64,000 nt of DNA from Euglena gracilis. Lineage: Eukaryota. The notes below the pieces were generated by a model. It saw only the letters and a program-made list of their open reading frames with translations, had not been told where the DNA came from and did not search any database. Positions 22,561-35,993 of this stretch are shown one piece after another (the first letter of the stretch is position 1; every line of letters starts with the position of its first letter). Both the position numbers and the translations under genes were made by a program. The DNA is taken from NCBI GenBank assembly GCA_039621445.1, contig CP154954.1:22766954-22830953 (forward strand). The letters run 5' to 3'.

Positions 22561-25039
22561 AGGGGAATCTGTTATTTTGCGCGTTTTGGCCATCCTTGCC
22601 CTGCACACACAAGGGTATTTTGTTATTTTGGCCAGAATCAGGACCCAGAATCAGGACTTACCCAGCTCACGACCAGAACGAAAAAATTTTCCACCGCGGC
22701 CAGCCAGACCTCCTCCTCCTCTTTCAGATCCTCAACACAGAATCCAGCCAGACCTCCTCCTCCTCTAAATCCCCCCAGCCAGCTGTGGCTGGCCATGGCT
22801 GGCCAGACCTCCTGTTTTTTTTTGCCAGCCAGCCAGCCGCGGCTAGCCAGATACCCCAGCACCATTGGCTGGCTGGCTCGTAGGCACGACCCCACTCTCC
22901 TCCGCCACAACAGAGCACCTCCCAACGGTGGTGGGCGGAGAAAGTGGCGGACATGCAGAGCCAGCGAGTCGATTCAGCCAGGGATCGGGTGACGCGGGTG
23001 TGCCAAAAGGACTGGTGGCAACGGGATGGCTACGGACTTTGCCCAACAAGGCACGGCACACAGCTTTCTCGGACACCCAATACCGGCTGCTACTGTGGTG
23101 GTGGTTTGGCTTGCCCATCCTCCCCTCGGGGGTCACGCTACCAGGGTGCCAAGGATGGCCAAAATGCTCACCCTAATGAACTTAGTGGGCAAAAATGAAA
23201 ACTGCCAAAAAGTGTCCAAAATGTTTTGCTGAGATGTAAAAATCATACCTGAGCAGTTTGGGGGGGGGTTCACCTGAAATTGCAGTATTTTTGCACAATA
23301 AATCCCTTTGACAATTTTTGGGGGAATTTAGAAAATAAGAACACCACGCAGTGTGGCTGAAATCTGAGGCCATCTGCTGATTGCCCTTGATAAGAGCTTT
23401 CAATACATGGGCAACATGGCAGGGGAACAGTGGAATTTGGAATTTGCGAAATGGTCGGAACATGTGATGTGCAATTTTCAGAGCCCTATGCAGTGTGGCT
23501 GAGTTTTGTGGGCATCATTTGAAAGGTCTTAGAGAGAGCTTTAGATTGACGCTTTATGGTACTTGAAGTGTGGGATTTCTCAAATTAATATGTCAAATTT
23601 TGGCATTGTGGCTAAATTCTGTGGCCATCTGTCGAAAGCCCGTGAGAAGAGCTTTCGATCGAGGGGCAACATGGAAGGAAACATGTGAAAACTTCAATCG
23701 GTCAAATTTTTTTTCAAGGGGGGGTAAAAAAACACATGGCGGGGTAAGGACTGTGTTGGGCGGTCGGGGGATTTGTCGCCAGTTTTCAAAATTTGCAAAA
23801 TGCGAGGCTATGTCACCACGGATTTGGATGACTATATGGTGGCTTTTTCAAAGTGGGTGCTTTCAGTGCACGCTTTGCATGACACAGAAGCTGAAAAGGT
23901 TGCCACTAAGGCACAAAGGCAGCTTTTGTGTCAAGGCTGGGGTGCCCATGTATGAATGAGCTCCGCAAAACGTTGACAACGTTTGAGACAAAAAATTCCA
24001 TTAACCATGGGTTTTGAGGTGCTCAACATACAGACAATGCATTTCGGGTCGAGGTTTGACACCACAAAATTAAGGGAAAAAATTGCTAAATAATATCCCC
24101 CCCCCCCCTGAGGGTCTGAGGGTGGACTTCGGCTGATCAAATAATATTCCCGGGGGGGATATTGCAAATTTGTTCAAATCGGAAAAATCTGGAAATCGCC
24201 AAAAAACCACACAAAAAAGCGCAAAAGGCATTAATTTTTCCAAAACTGGTTCCGCTCTTACCCATAAAGAAATAAAAGCCCAGGGACCCCAACTTTAATT
24301 TGAGCCGTGACATCAAACACATTTTGGCACAAAACCAGCATCAGCATAATCTTCTTTTTGCGCCTTGGAGTTGGGGAACCGGTCCCATTTCCATTTGTGT
24401 GGGCCGAGGCCTGCTTGTACTGGGACGGGGGTGATCCAATATGCAGGGGGGGGGACACAAGCACATTTTTGTGTTTTGTGTTTTGTGTTTTACGTTTTAC
24501 TAACCACCTTCCCCTTGTGGTGGGTTAGGAGACTGAGGATTCACGGGATAAAATGATTCCCAATGGGAATTTTTTCAACCCATAAATATCCTATTTAGTC
24601 CCGGATTTCTAACTAGGGCTGCATTAATCTTAATTTTGCGTCTTGCCAGAGTTACACCCCGTTTTCTGGGCCCTGGTCCAAAAAACAAACAAACAAACAC
24701 ACAAACAAACAAACTGTAAAACAACAACAAAAAATTTGTCACAAAAAAACAATGGCTTTGGACGTAACTCCCCAAGAAGACAAGTGCACACAAACAAAAA
24801 AACCCAAGCCCAGGCCCTTTGCTTCCATGATGAACAGGCAGAATCAATCTGCAGGCCCTTAGAATCAAAACTCATTTTCCTCATTTTTAGCTTTGTACCT
24901 AAATAAAAGCTTTGGAACATCTAGACATACCTCACAACACCACTGCTTTAAGTCGGTGTACCCCCCCCTCCGACTCAGGACAAAGTCGGTGTACCCTACG
25001 ATGGACTCGGGGATGACAAAGTCCAGGGTTTCCCACTGA

Positions 25040-25725
25040 TTCGTACACGAATAAGTACGAATAATTACGAATAAGTACGAATTGCCGAGATCTGCCAAAA
25101 TACGAATAAGTACGAATAAATACGAATAAGTACAAATGAAAAATTCCCCAGTTACGAATAAGTACGAATTGAAAAGTGGAAAAAGGTACAATTTTCTACA
25201 CCATTGCAATGAGTTGAAGGGCCCTCACACTTCTCTGTATGTGATGCATATCTTATGTTGCAGGATGCCTCATGTCCTCTTTTCCCTCCAAAGATGATGC
25301 AGCTGCCACTCGGAGTCCTGCATGTTTTGCAATGGTGACTACGAAGAACACGTTGCACACCATTGAACAATCCGCTCGTTTCATCTTGAGTATTTGTTCG
25401 TGCATGGCATGCTGGACAACATCAGTCGCAAAGAAGGAATGTGTTTTTCTTGTTCTGTTTTGTATTTTTTTCTCACACCAATTTTCCCCCCACAAATTTC
25501 GCCAGAATGAGTTCGTCACTTAGATAGTTTCTCAAGTGAATGACCTGTTTTCTGTGCTTTTCCCGGTTTCAGAACGTTGAAGGTGTGCCCAAGGAGGCAT
25601 ACCAAATGGTCACCTATTGCTATACATGGCCCTTTTTTGAAGTACGAATAAGTACGAATAAGTACGAATAAGTACGAATAAGTACGAATAAGTGCGAATG
25701 GGCAAGGGAGTCCCCAAGTACGAAT
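25040..25725. repeat. Two clusters of the 10-bp GTACGAATAA repeat (probable subterminal repeats of a non-autonomous element)
   Basis: Arrays at ~25040-25170 and ~25640-25725. The flanks TCAGGACAAAGTCGGTG / CACCGACTTTGTCCTGA are inverted. Confidence 0.75.
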
Positions 25726-26037
25726 CAGTGGGAAACCCTGCAAAGTCGGGGGGGGTCCACCGACTTTGTCCTGAGTCCAAGGGACCCCCTTTCTTCTGGT
25801 GCAATCCATTTTTCCAACCATTACGGGTTGCGGCTGCCATACTCATAGTGTAAAGGAGCAAGGCACAGGAGGGAAGAGGGAGCAGCTACCGCAAAAACCT
25901 GGTCAAGGCATCCACGATGCCACTGAATGTTTCCAGGAGAAAAAACGGTAGCAGACAGTTGGTGCCTCCTCATTGCTTTCGCTTCGCGTTCTGGACACGA
26001 GCTGGCAACTTTAGCATGTCCTCATCGTCGGGGGGTA

Positions 26038-26339
26038 GATTTGGCCTGGGGGGGGGGTTGTGGGCAGACCCTAGGGTCGCCAAAGGTCGCCATGGTCGCC
26101 AAAGGTCGTGGGTGGGTCGATGTCAAAAAATGCGCTCCACGGCAAATTAGCGCAACATACACACAAAAGGTGTTGCACACACAAGGGATTTTTTTTTTAG
26201 GGCCCTGGAACAGTTGCCTACGCCGCTACAATGCAAAAAAGACTGAGTAGGAAATACCCATAGCGACCTTTGGCGACCTTTGGCGACCGTGGGCAGACCC
26301 TAGGGTCTGCCCACAACCCCCCCCCCCCCAGGCCAGATC
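26038..26339. mobile_element. MITE with long inverted ends
   Basis: GGCCTGn TTGTGGGCAGACCCTAGGGTC and its reverse complement at the other end, plus inverted GGTCGCCAAA repeats. Confidence 0.8.
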
Positions 26340-26569
26340 CGGGAGCCCTCATCGTCCATCACACGCACCTCCGGCTCTCGTGCCTTCATCTTTTTCAGCC
26401 GTGATGCTGCTGCGTTCACAAATCGGACAAAATTTGGGAACAGGCTTTTGGCCTTTGGGACGATGGAATGCAATGGTTTTGTTTTTTGTACAGCACAGCC
26501 AATGCGCGGCCCAAAACGGGGCGCTGGCGGGTCGAAAACCGCTCATTTTCGGCTCAAAAACAGTTTTTC

Positions 26570-27520
26570 CGGATACGGGAGGCCAAAAAACATCGTTTTG
26601 GGCAAAAAAAAATTACCCGGTTTTGACCCAAAGTCAATGGGTTGGCGGCCCAAAACGGGGCGCTCGCGGGTCGAAAAACGCTTATTTTCGGCTCAAACCC
26701 AGTTTTTCCAGGTCTGGGAGACCAAAAAACATCGTTTTGGCAAAAAAAATTTTCGATTTTTTCCACTTTTTTGGCCGAAAACGGATAAGTCGAAAAGGGC
26801 GAAAAGTGTACAAAATGGCCTAAATTGGCTGAAAAACGCCCGTATCTTGGGCTAGGCGGTGAGCTGCGGGGAAACCAAAATCCCAGTAGATTGAGCGTTC
26901 CAAGGGCTTCAATTTAGGTCTCCGGACATTTCCTTTGATTTTGCCTCATTTTCGAGAAATTTTGAAAACATTGATTTTTTGACCCCCACCCCCCGAAAAC
27001 GGCTAAGTCGAACAGAGGGAAAAGTGTACAAAATGGCCATCTGCGCCGAAAACGGCTGTATCTCGGGCTGGGCGGGGAGTTGCGGGGAAATCAAAATACC
27101 AGTAGATGGGGCGTTCCAAGGGCTTCAAATTAGGTTGCCGGACACTTCCTTTGATTTTGCTTCATTTTGGAGATATTTTGAAAATTGACATTTTTTTGGC
27201 CGAAATGGCAGAGTCCAAAGGGGGGGGGGCTTAAGGGGGGTTGGCCAATCCTACCCAGTTTGGACCCCTTCGCGCATGAATAACTCAGGCCTGGCGGGGA
27301 GTTGGGGGTCAAACCCAGGTGATTGGGAAACTAGGAATCCAGTCGCTCGCGACTGAAGAAATTTTTTGGGAACGGGGCCGGGATCATGGTGATAATCCGC
27401 CGGTTCCCGAGGTGGCCCCGAGGGGGGGGGGGGGTTCGGGGTTTTCCCCCAGGGGTGGGCTTCGCCCCTACCCATAAAGGGATAAGAGCTCAGCGACCCC
27501 CCCCATACATAAGACCCCCC
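26570..27520 (+). repeat. Dispersed ~0.9-kb repeat, copy 1
   Basis: Near-identical to 29205-30050, with an internal ~180-bp duplication. Confidence 0.85.
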
Positions 27521-27525
27521 ATATA

Positions 27526-29183
27526 CTGTCATAGGAAAAAATAACATCTGGAAAAAATAACATCCGGAAAAAATAACATCTGAATAAATAACATCCAGAG
27601 AGGCTTGTCAAAAGGCACTTAAAGGTTATCTAGTTCCAGCGCTTCAATCGCCCGGACTGCGCCATTGTTTAGGTGGAGGGAGTGCAAGGCATTGCAAAAA
27701 AACTGGAGCGCACACCAGACATATCCCCCCCCCCACGAGTCATTGCCAGTTTCCCCCCCAGGGCCCCCACAGGACAGGGTCCTGGGGGGGACTGGCCATA
27801 AATGCCCCCCACACACCCCACACTTGACCAGTGTGGGCTTAAGGCAGGTGGGAGGGTCGGACTCCCCCCCGGTCCAGGAGGGGGGGTCGGGCATATATTG
27901 CAATAACTGGGTGATCCCAACACAAACAAATAGCATCTGGTATGAGAGTATCCAGAGCATAACCCATGAAACGGAACATTCTTTACTTCAAAAAGGCCAG
28001 TCTACCGTCTACAGTCCTAATCTGGACCTGAGCATGCTGCTAAACTGCTCCATTTTGTTGGGACTAAGCCCTCTTTGGCACCCAACGCCCAACGCACCTT
28101 CACACCCAAAAATGGCCAAGAACCTTGTCCCCTAAAAAAGGTGCCAAAAATTGGTGCATTTCCACACCCAAAACAGCATTTTTTGGCCATTTCTTCAAAA
28201 TGGCCATTTGGGAATTTTATCCTGGACCCAAAAATCACTGATTTTAGGATGCGTGCCGCCCTGCTTGTGATGGGATGCAACATCATGGATGCTGCCTCCC
28301 AACTACCTCCAAAGTGGCATTCTTCCCCCGTGACCCCCCCCGTGACCCGCACCACCCCCGATGGCGGAAGGTGGGGTGAGGACAATTCTTTTTGTTTTTT
28401 TTGGGGGGGGGTTTCTCCATAAAAAATTCATCTTTTTCATCCCCCCCCCTTTTTCATGCCGTTTTTTCAAAATGGCCCAAAATGCATCCCAAAAAAATGT
28501 GACGGTCAAGAAAATCAAAAAAAAAGAAAAAAATAACCAATATCGGACATAAAAATCACCCAAAAATGACCACTTTCGGACCAGAAAGCATTTTTTTGGT
28601 CAAAATGGCCCAAAAATGGCCAAAAATGACCACTTTTTGGACTTGCGCAATCTGCCCTTTTGCCAATAGGACTTTTTTTTGGTCAAATTCATACGGCAAA
28701 AAAGCGCCATTGTTTGGGTCGAAATTTTTTTCACCTCAAATCTTGGCATTTCTTTCCATTTTTTGACCATGTCAAGGCAAATTTCCGATGGTTTCAACCA
28801 GAAAATTGATGAAAAGCGACCAAACCGCCACCTACATCAAAAAGCAAATGATGAATGAAAAGTAAGGCTGAAGTGGTGAAGGTTGATGCATTGTATGAAA
28901 ATTGAAGGCTCAATTCTCGGGTCACCAGGGGGGTCATGGGGGGGGTCACGGGGGTAGCACCCCCATCGTGATGTCCTGCACAAGTAGTTTGCTCCTTTCA
29001 TGCTTCAGATGTTTTGCCTTGTGATGATTGTCACAGTCGTTCGTGTTCTTCATCCCACATCCTATCCACTTTATACATCTTATCTATTTTCGACTTAAAT
29101 GAAGAACAAATAACATCTGACCAAATAACATCTAAAGCGGCTTAGATGTTATTTTTTCCAGATGTTATTTTCTCCTATGACAG
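27526..29183. mobile_element. TA-flanked non-autonomous TIR element
   Basis: TA-CTGTCATAGGAAAAAATAACATCTGG... and ...CCAGATGTTATTTTCTCCTATGACAG-TA, with AAATAACATC subrepeats. Confidence 0.85.
28065..28964. mobile_element. 3-bp-TSD element copy C, internally rearranged
   Basis: The right end at 28359 is followed by GAT. The left end is inverted at 28964 and followed by ATC. Confidence 0.8.
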
Positions 29184-29204
29184 TAAGACCAGGTTTTGAA
29201 TAGT

Positions 29205-30050
29205 GCTCCGGGAGGCCTAAAAACATCGTTTTGGCAAAAAAAAATTTCGATTTTTTTTCGACTTTTTGGCCGAAAAAGGATAAGTCGAACAGTGCAAAAA
29301 GTGTACAAAATGGCCCGAAATGGCCTAAATTGGCCAAAAAAACGCCCGTATCTCGGGCTGGGCGGTGAGCCGCGGGGAAACCAAAATCCCAGTAGATAGA
29401 GTTTTCCAAGGGCTTCAATTTGGGTCTCCGGACATTTCCTTTGATTTTACATCATCTACGAGAAATTTTGAAAACATCGATTTTTTTTACCCCCCCACCC
29501 CCCGAAAACGGCTAAGTCGAACAGTGGGAAAAGTGTACAGAACGGCCATCTGCGCCGAAAACGGCTGTATCTCGGGCTGGGCGGGGAGTTGCGGGGAAAT
29601 CAAAATACCAGTAGATGGGGCGTTCCAAGGGCTTCAAATTAGGTCTCCGGACATTTCCTTTGATTTGGCTTCATTTTGGAGATATTTTGAAAATTGACAT
29701 TTTTTTGGCCGAAATGGCAGAGTCCAAAGGGGGGGGGGGCTTATCCAGGGGGGGGTTGGCCAATCCTACCCAGTTTGGACCCCTTCGCGCATGAATAACT
29801 CAGGCCCGGCGGGGAGTTGGGGGTCAAACCCAGGTGATTGGGAAACTAGGAATCCAGTCGCTCGCGACTGAAGAAAAAAAAATTTCGGGAACGGGGCCGG
29901 GATCATGGTGATAATCCGCCGGTTCCCGAGGTGGCCCCGAGGGGGGGGTCGAGGGGGGGTCGAGGGGGGGGGGGTTCGCCGGGTGTAAGCTTCGCTCTTA
30001 CCCATAAAGGGATAAGAGCTCAGCGACCCCCCCATACATAAGACCCCCCT
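29205..30050 (+). repeat. Dispersed ~0.9-kb repeat, copy 2
   Basis: Matches 26570-27520 and ends in AAGACCCCCCTG. Confidence 0.85.
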
Positions 30051-30987
30051 GGGATTTCGGCTCCCGAGGGGGGTCTTATAATATTGGGGGGGCATGGTAA
30101 ACACACACACACGCACACACAACGCCAATTCCATGAAAATTCCTCCAGGAGCTCTCCTAATCATGATCAACCCAAAATCAAATCAAGATACATCAAAATA
30201 CATTTGAATAGTAAAAAAAATTCCTTGGAGAAGGTGAAAAGTTTTCCTCTCCAGCAGAAAAGTGTACATTCCAGCAAAATGATGCAATGTGTTGGTCACC
30301 AATTTCTTTGCGCAAATTTCACATGAATTCTACCACGGGGGGTCATGGTATTTGCGTTTATTTTTTTTGCTTTTTTTGCACCGCGTTTTTTGAGGGTCAC
30401 ATTGTGTTCCCCCCCTGCAGTATAGGGCTAACAGTTTTGGGAAAGCTATATTTCTTGTGTGTTCTTCATTTCAAAGTTTTGAACTCTCCTGAAAATTTCT
30501 AAAATGAATTGCGATTTTTTAAAAAAAGAATTGACGTTTCTGGCTGCACATTTTGTCCCCCCCCCCCCCGAGTGCTCTGCACCACTCACTGTTCTTTCAC
30601 ACAGAAGTTTGGATCCGCAGGCCCAAGTCCGTGATGGCATCGCTGCCAGCATGCAGGGGAGTGGCCTGGCTGTGGCGCTGTTACGCACGCCGGCCTTCCA
30701 TTTGGTCATCGGCTCGCCGAACCTGACCTGCGAGCCAGCGATGAAGGTTGCACGACCGGTGCCGTCCTGGATCGAGGAGGAGAAAAGCAGGTGTCCCACG
30801 AAGCTGCACCCATTGTGATAAGTGATGGTCCACCACTGGAAAGCCCAAATTGTAGGGCTGGTACTCCTGTGGAAGACCGGCGGTCCTTCTATTGGGGGGT
30901 GTCAACTCTGTTTGCCAGGTTTTTTTTATTGGGGAGTATCTGCCTGCTGAATTTGCTTGCAAGAACCATTAAAGGTCAATAAAGATA

Positions 30988-31185
30988 CCCTCACCCCCCC
31001 TCAGAGTGGCCAAAATGTTTTGGCCAATTTGGTACCCCCCCCCCCCAAAGTGGCCGCTTTATTTTGGCGCCGAAGGCGCTTGAGCCCAAAAATTGACCCC
31101 CCCCCAAAGTGTCCCCTTCCCCAGAGTGGCCGTTTTGGGGTCCCAAGCTGCCTGGAGGGTGGCCACTTTGGGGGGGGGGTGAGGG
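30988..31185. mobile_element. TA-flanked MITE
   Basis: TA-CCCTCACn...AGTGGCC / GGCCACTTTGn TGAGGG-TA. Confidence 0.75.
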
Positions 31186-34100
31186 TAGTAATTTTTTTCC
31201 AATGTGGATGAACATGTTTGAACAGCATTCGTTCTTTTTTTGCCTATGAAACATCAAACAACCCCAGACAACACAATTCTGAATTGCGAGAATGGGAGAC
31301 AGGTTTCAACCAAGAATTTTGCACGTGCCTGTCAACATTTTGATGTTTGTCGAAGGTCTCCAGACGGCCGACAATATGTGAATTACTCCCTTCCTGTAGT
31401 TCAGCGACTTGCTCAGCGCAAGTCGCTGAACTACTAACGACCTCCACGAAGTTGAAATGCAGTTGCATGATATAGCTGATGCCATTCCCGGTAGTGACGA
31501 CCGTGGTGAGTTCTCTATTGTGAAAGGCCGTTATTATTTTTGAAGTAACAAGATCAGGCTTCTGCTTAAGGGTTCACAGCCCCCCCCCCCCCCGGGAGGG
31601 CTGCAGCTAGTCCATATTTGGCTTGTGGAAATCCTAGTGGACCCCCCAGGGGGTCTGCTGGCAGGGCTAACTAGTGGGAAAAACTTCTCAATGACCGGCG
31701 CAAAGCACCGAAATTTTTTGGGACCCCAAACCTGTCCCAAAAATGCCCACCTTTGGTCAGTTTTGGGTTTTTTGGAGCAAAATCAGCCAAAAAAAATATC
31801 AAAACCCTGATTTCCACCTCAGCGCGCAGCGCCGAAGGGCCTTTTTTTCCAATTGGGACGCCTGACCCCATCCCCCCCCCCCAGGGGGAGGGGCATAGTG
31901 GGCATTTTTTTGATTTTTTTTTTAAAAAAAACAACGTGTTTTTCTTAAAAAGAAACATTAAAAAAACATCAAAAAAGCAAAAAGAAAATTTCATTGAAAA
32001 CACTCGTTATGACACTCCCAAACCATGCTTTGAATCCTACTAAGTTCAAAAACTGCCAACTACAACAGAAATGGTCAAAAACGTCCAAAAATGAAACAAA
32101 AATGGAACTTTATGATTTTTATCAGTTTTGTAAAAGGAAGTTTTTTAGCAGAAACTACCCAGAAGTTGCCAAAAATGATTGAAAATGTGCATTCAAAATT
32201 TTTTCCATGCAAAACCTAGTGGGTGTTCTTTTTGTTTAAAAAAATCATTGTTAGAATTTAAAAAAACAAAAAAACAGCGTCAAAAACAGCCCGGCCCACT
32301 ATGGGGAGGGGGTCTAGTTGGTCCAATTTTTCCAGTGTCCCGCAAAATGGCTATCCAATGGACCCCCCCGGGGTCCTTGAGAAAAAGCCCGAAGGAGTAT
32401 ATTTGAATTGCCAGATGTAATAAAGAAGGAACGGGCAAATGTTGGAATTCCTGCTGGGCGAAGCATCCAGCAATGAATGCGTAAATGAGGCAATGAAGTT
32501 TGTGTGTTTCCGCGCACACCCACTTCGTCCCAGGCATCTGCAGAGATTATAAGAATGAGATTTGAGAAATGCCGGAGCACAAATGGTTTGTATTTTTCAT
32601 TGGTAGAAATGAATCTGAAGTCAAGCACAATCAGAAGCAATGAGCAATAAGACGCAATTTTTTATGGTCCAACATTATTAAGTTTTCTGATCTCTTTGCT
32701 CAACCGGTGCCTCATATGCGTTCACAATCTTTCCAGAAGAAAGTTATCGCATGCAGTTTGCTACAAGGTTGGTATCAGTGGCATTGGTGCTGCCCATTCT
32801 CATAGGTGCGTTTATTGGAGGCTGGGCACAGCAGGGGGGGGGGCTGAGGGGGGGGGCGAGCGGCCCCGCGGGCGGCCGCACGGGGGGGGAGGGGGGTCCG
32901 AGGGCGGCCGCGCGGGCGGCACACATCCTAAAATCGGTGATTTTCGGGTCCAAAACGTGGTCATTTTTGCCCTTTTTGGGCCATTTTTGACCCAAAAGGT
33001 GCTTTTTTGGCCGCGCGTAGAGCGCGCGGCCCCCAAATTTGCCATTTCATGTCCGAAAATGGTCATTTTTGGTCATTTTTGGGCGTCAAAAAAAAAGTCG
33101 CAATTTTTTCACAAAAAATTTTTCTTGGCGGCGAGCGGCCGCGCTCAGGGGGGGGGGGGGGGGGGGGGTCCCGGACCCCCCCGAGCGGCGCGCCTAGCTT
33201 CCATTGTATTCTTCTTATGGAATCCTTTTATTGCTAGAAAAGGTATTCTCATTCAGAACCTGTATGTTTACAGTAAAGGCATTGAATACTTGTCAATTTT
33301 GTGGGTGGTGTCACAAAGCCTCCCCAGCCCGTGGGGCATGACGATGGTTTGTGCACACTGGCACACTCCTGCCCCATGTAGCAGTGCAGCATCACTCTCA
33401 AATATTTGGGGTGTACAAATAATTAATACCCCTGCTGGAAACATATATGTTCTTGGAATGTGTATATTCTCATAATCACCCAATTAGATCAATTGAGTAA
33501 CTGGCTAGTTATTTGCACCGAATCATCGTTGCTGACATATCTATTTTGTGGTCTTCGCTTCTTTCTTTCGGCCGGTTCGTGCATGAAACCCAGCGCAGTT
33601 GTAACGAGATGTTTCTGTTTCGGCTGCACTATTGCGATGCAGGAACAGGTCTTTCATGCTTTCCTCAACCATCTGTTCTCTAAGGTTTTTGATTTTCTAA
33701 ATTGACTGCTTCTGAGCTCCTGGTTTGAGGCATTTCTATTTCAAAGCAGTTAAAGTTATTGTTGTATCATGTAGAAACCAATGACCCCTGCAAAGTGATG
33801 TTTTGCCTTCACAACTTGGTGCACAGGCACCCAACGACGAACATTGCTCAAAACAGTTATTGGCTGCTCTGAAGACCAGACCATCGGTGGCAACATGAGG
33901 CCAATGGAACTTTTCCTTTTTTTTTTAGGTCTTGTATTGTCATTTGCGAAACAATTTCGGTGGAACCCTATGCTCATGCGTGCGTGCGTGCATGCGTGTG
34001 TGCGTGTGTGCGTGTGTGCGTGCGTGTTTGTTTCGCGGTTCCACCTGAAACCGACACATAACATCCTCTTCATCACTGCGGGGGTCGTGCTTCACCTGCT

Positions 34101-34762
34101 ACTGCGAACCATAGGAGCCGCCGCTGGGAGCTGGCTGGACCCCGCACTGCGTGTTGGTGTTGGTGTGCCTCACTTGCCGGTGTTGCTTCACGTTGGGCAG
34201 ATGTTTGAGCGGATAGGGGTGCCCTGGCCGCTCTGTAGGTGTGGTGGCAAGAAACATTGATGAAATATTGGCATGCAATAAACAGGATGACATCTTTTCC
34301 CCAACCCCACAAACATATGTAATATTTGCTATGTTATGAATACCCCGGGCAGGGTTCGATATAAGGAGGGCGCACGGGTTTTAGGTGGGGGGTGTCCCTC
34401 CCCCCACCCCTCCCCTCCTGGACGAGAAGAGGGGGTCCGCGAACCCCCCCCCCCCACCTGCCAAGGGAGGTACAGACCGACCCAGGGGGGCGGACCCCCC
34501 CCTAAAAGGTCAAGATTTTTCCTTCGGGTGTTTTGCACTGATTTTTTTTGCATTTTTGACAAAGTTTTGCCCAAAAAGTGAGCAAAATGGCATTTTTGGC
34601 CGTTTGGGGGGGGCAAAATTTTTCCGCCCAGTGCTTCGTGCCGTGCTGAAAATTGGTCACCTGGACCACGCCACTGTTTAGGTGGGGGGGGGCTCCCACC
34701 CCCCACGCCCACCCCCCCCTCCTGGTCCAGAGGGGGGGGGCGACCCCCCACCTGCCTTTTAT

Positions 34763-35711
34763 GGGGGTGCTACCCCCGTGACCCCCCCCGTGACCCGCCC
34801 GTGACCCGAGAATCGAGCCTTCAATTTTCATACAATGCATCAACCTTCATCACTTCAGCCTTTCTTTTCATTCATCATTTCAGCCTCCTTTTTGATGTAG
34901 GTGGCGTTTTTGGTCGCTTTTCATCAATTTTCTGCTTCAAACCATCGAAAATTTGCCTTGACATGGTCTAAAAATGGAAAGAAATGTCAAGATTTGAGGT
35001 GAAAAAATTTTCGACCCAAACAATGGCGCTTCTTTGCCATATGAATTTGACCCAAAACATTGGCAAAAGGGGAGATTGCGCAAGTAGGAAAGAATTTCAT
35101 GGCAAAAAGGGGGGAGGGGAAACATGAATTTTTTGTGGAAGAAAACCCCCAAAAAAACAGAAAAGAATTGTCTTCACCCCACCTTCCATTTGGACAACCA
35201 AACCCCTTTTTGGCACCCAACGTCCAACGCACCTCCACACCCAAAAATGGCCAAAAATCTTGTCCCCCCCAAAAAAGTGCCAAAAATTGGTGCATTTCTG
35301 CAACCAAAACAGAATTTTTTGGCTATTTTTTCCCCCTTCAAAAATAGCCATTTTGGGCCATTTTTTCAAAAATGTCCCAAAATGCATCCCAAAAAATGTA
35401 ACGGTCAAGAAAATCCTAACAAAATTCCTTTTCAAAAAAAATGAAAAAAATGACCAATTTTGGACATGAAAATCACCCAAAAATGACCACTTTCAAACCA
35501 AAAGGTATTTTTTTGTTCAAAAAATGGCCCAAAAAAATGGCCAAAAATGATTGCTTTTTGGACCTAAAAATCACCGATTTTGTGATGCGTGCAGCCCTTC
35601 TCGTGATGGGATGCAACAACATGGATGCTGCCTCCCGGCCACCTCCAAAGTGGCATACTTCCCCCGTGCCCCCCCCCCCCCCCGTGACCCCCCGTGACCC
35701 GCACCACCCCC
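34763..35711 (+). mobile_element. 3-bp-TSD element copy B (TSD TAT)
   Basis: TAT-GGGGGTGCTAC...GCACCACCCCC-TAT. Confidence 0.9.
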
Positions 35712-35993
35712 TATCAACCCTGCTCTGGGCTACAGCCGTGGGGGGCTGTGATGGAGGAAGCTGTGATGAGGGGAAAAAAATGCAGGGATTGGTGAGCTGG
35801 GTAGCCCAATTGGCTGGCCGGCCTTCGGCCGGCTGGGCCGGCCTGCGGCCGGCTGGACCCAACTTTATTTCACTTGACCCCCGGGGGGGGGGGGGGCTCC
35901 CAGTCCGAATTTGGGCTGCTGGCTGGATTTGAGCTGCTGGCTGGCTGGACCCCCCCGGGGGATGGGGTACCCTCCGGCTTACGAAAACCCCTG

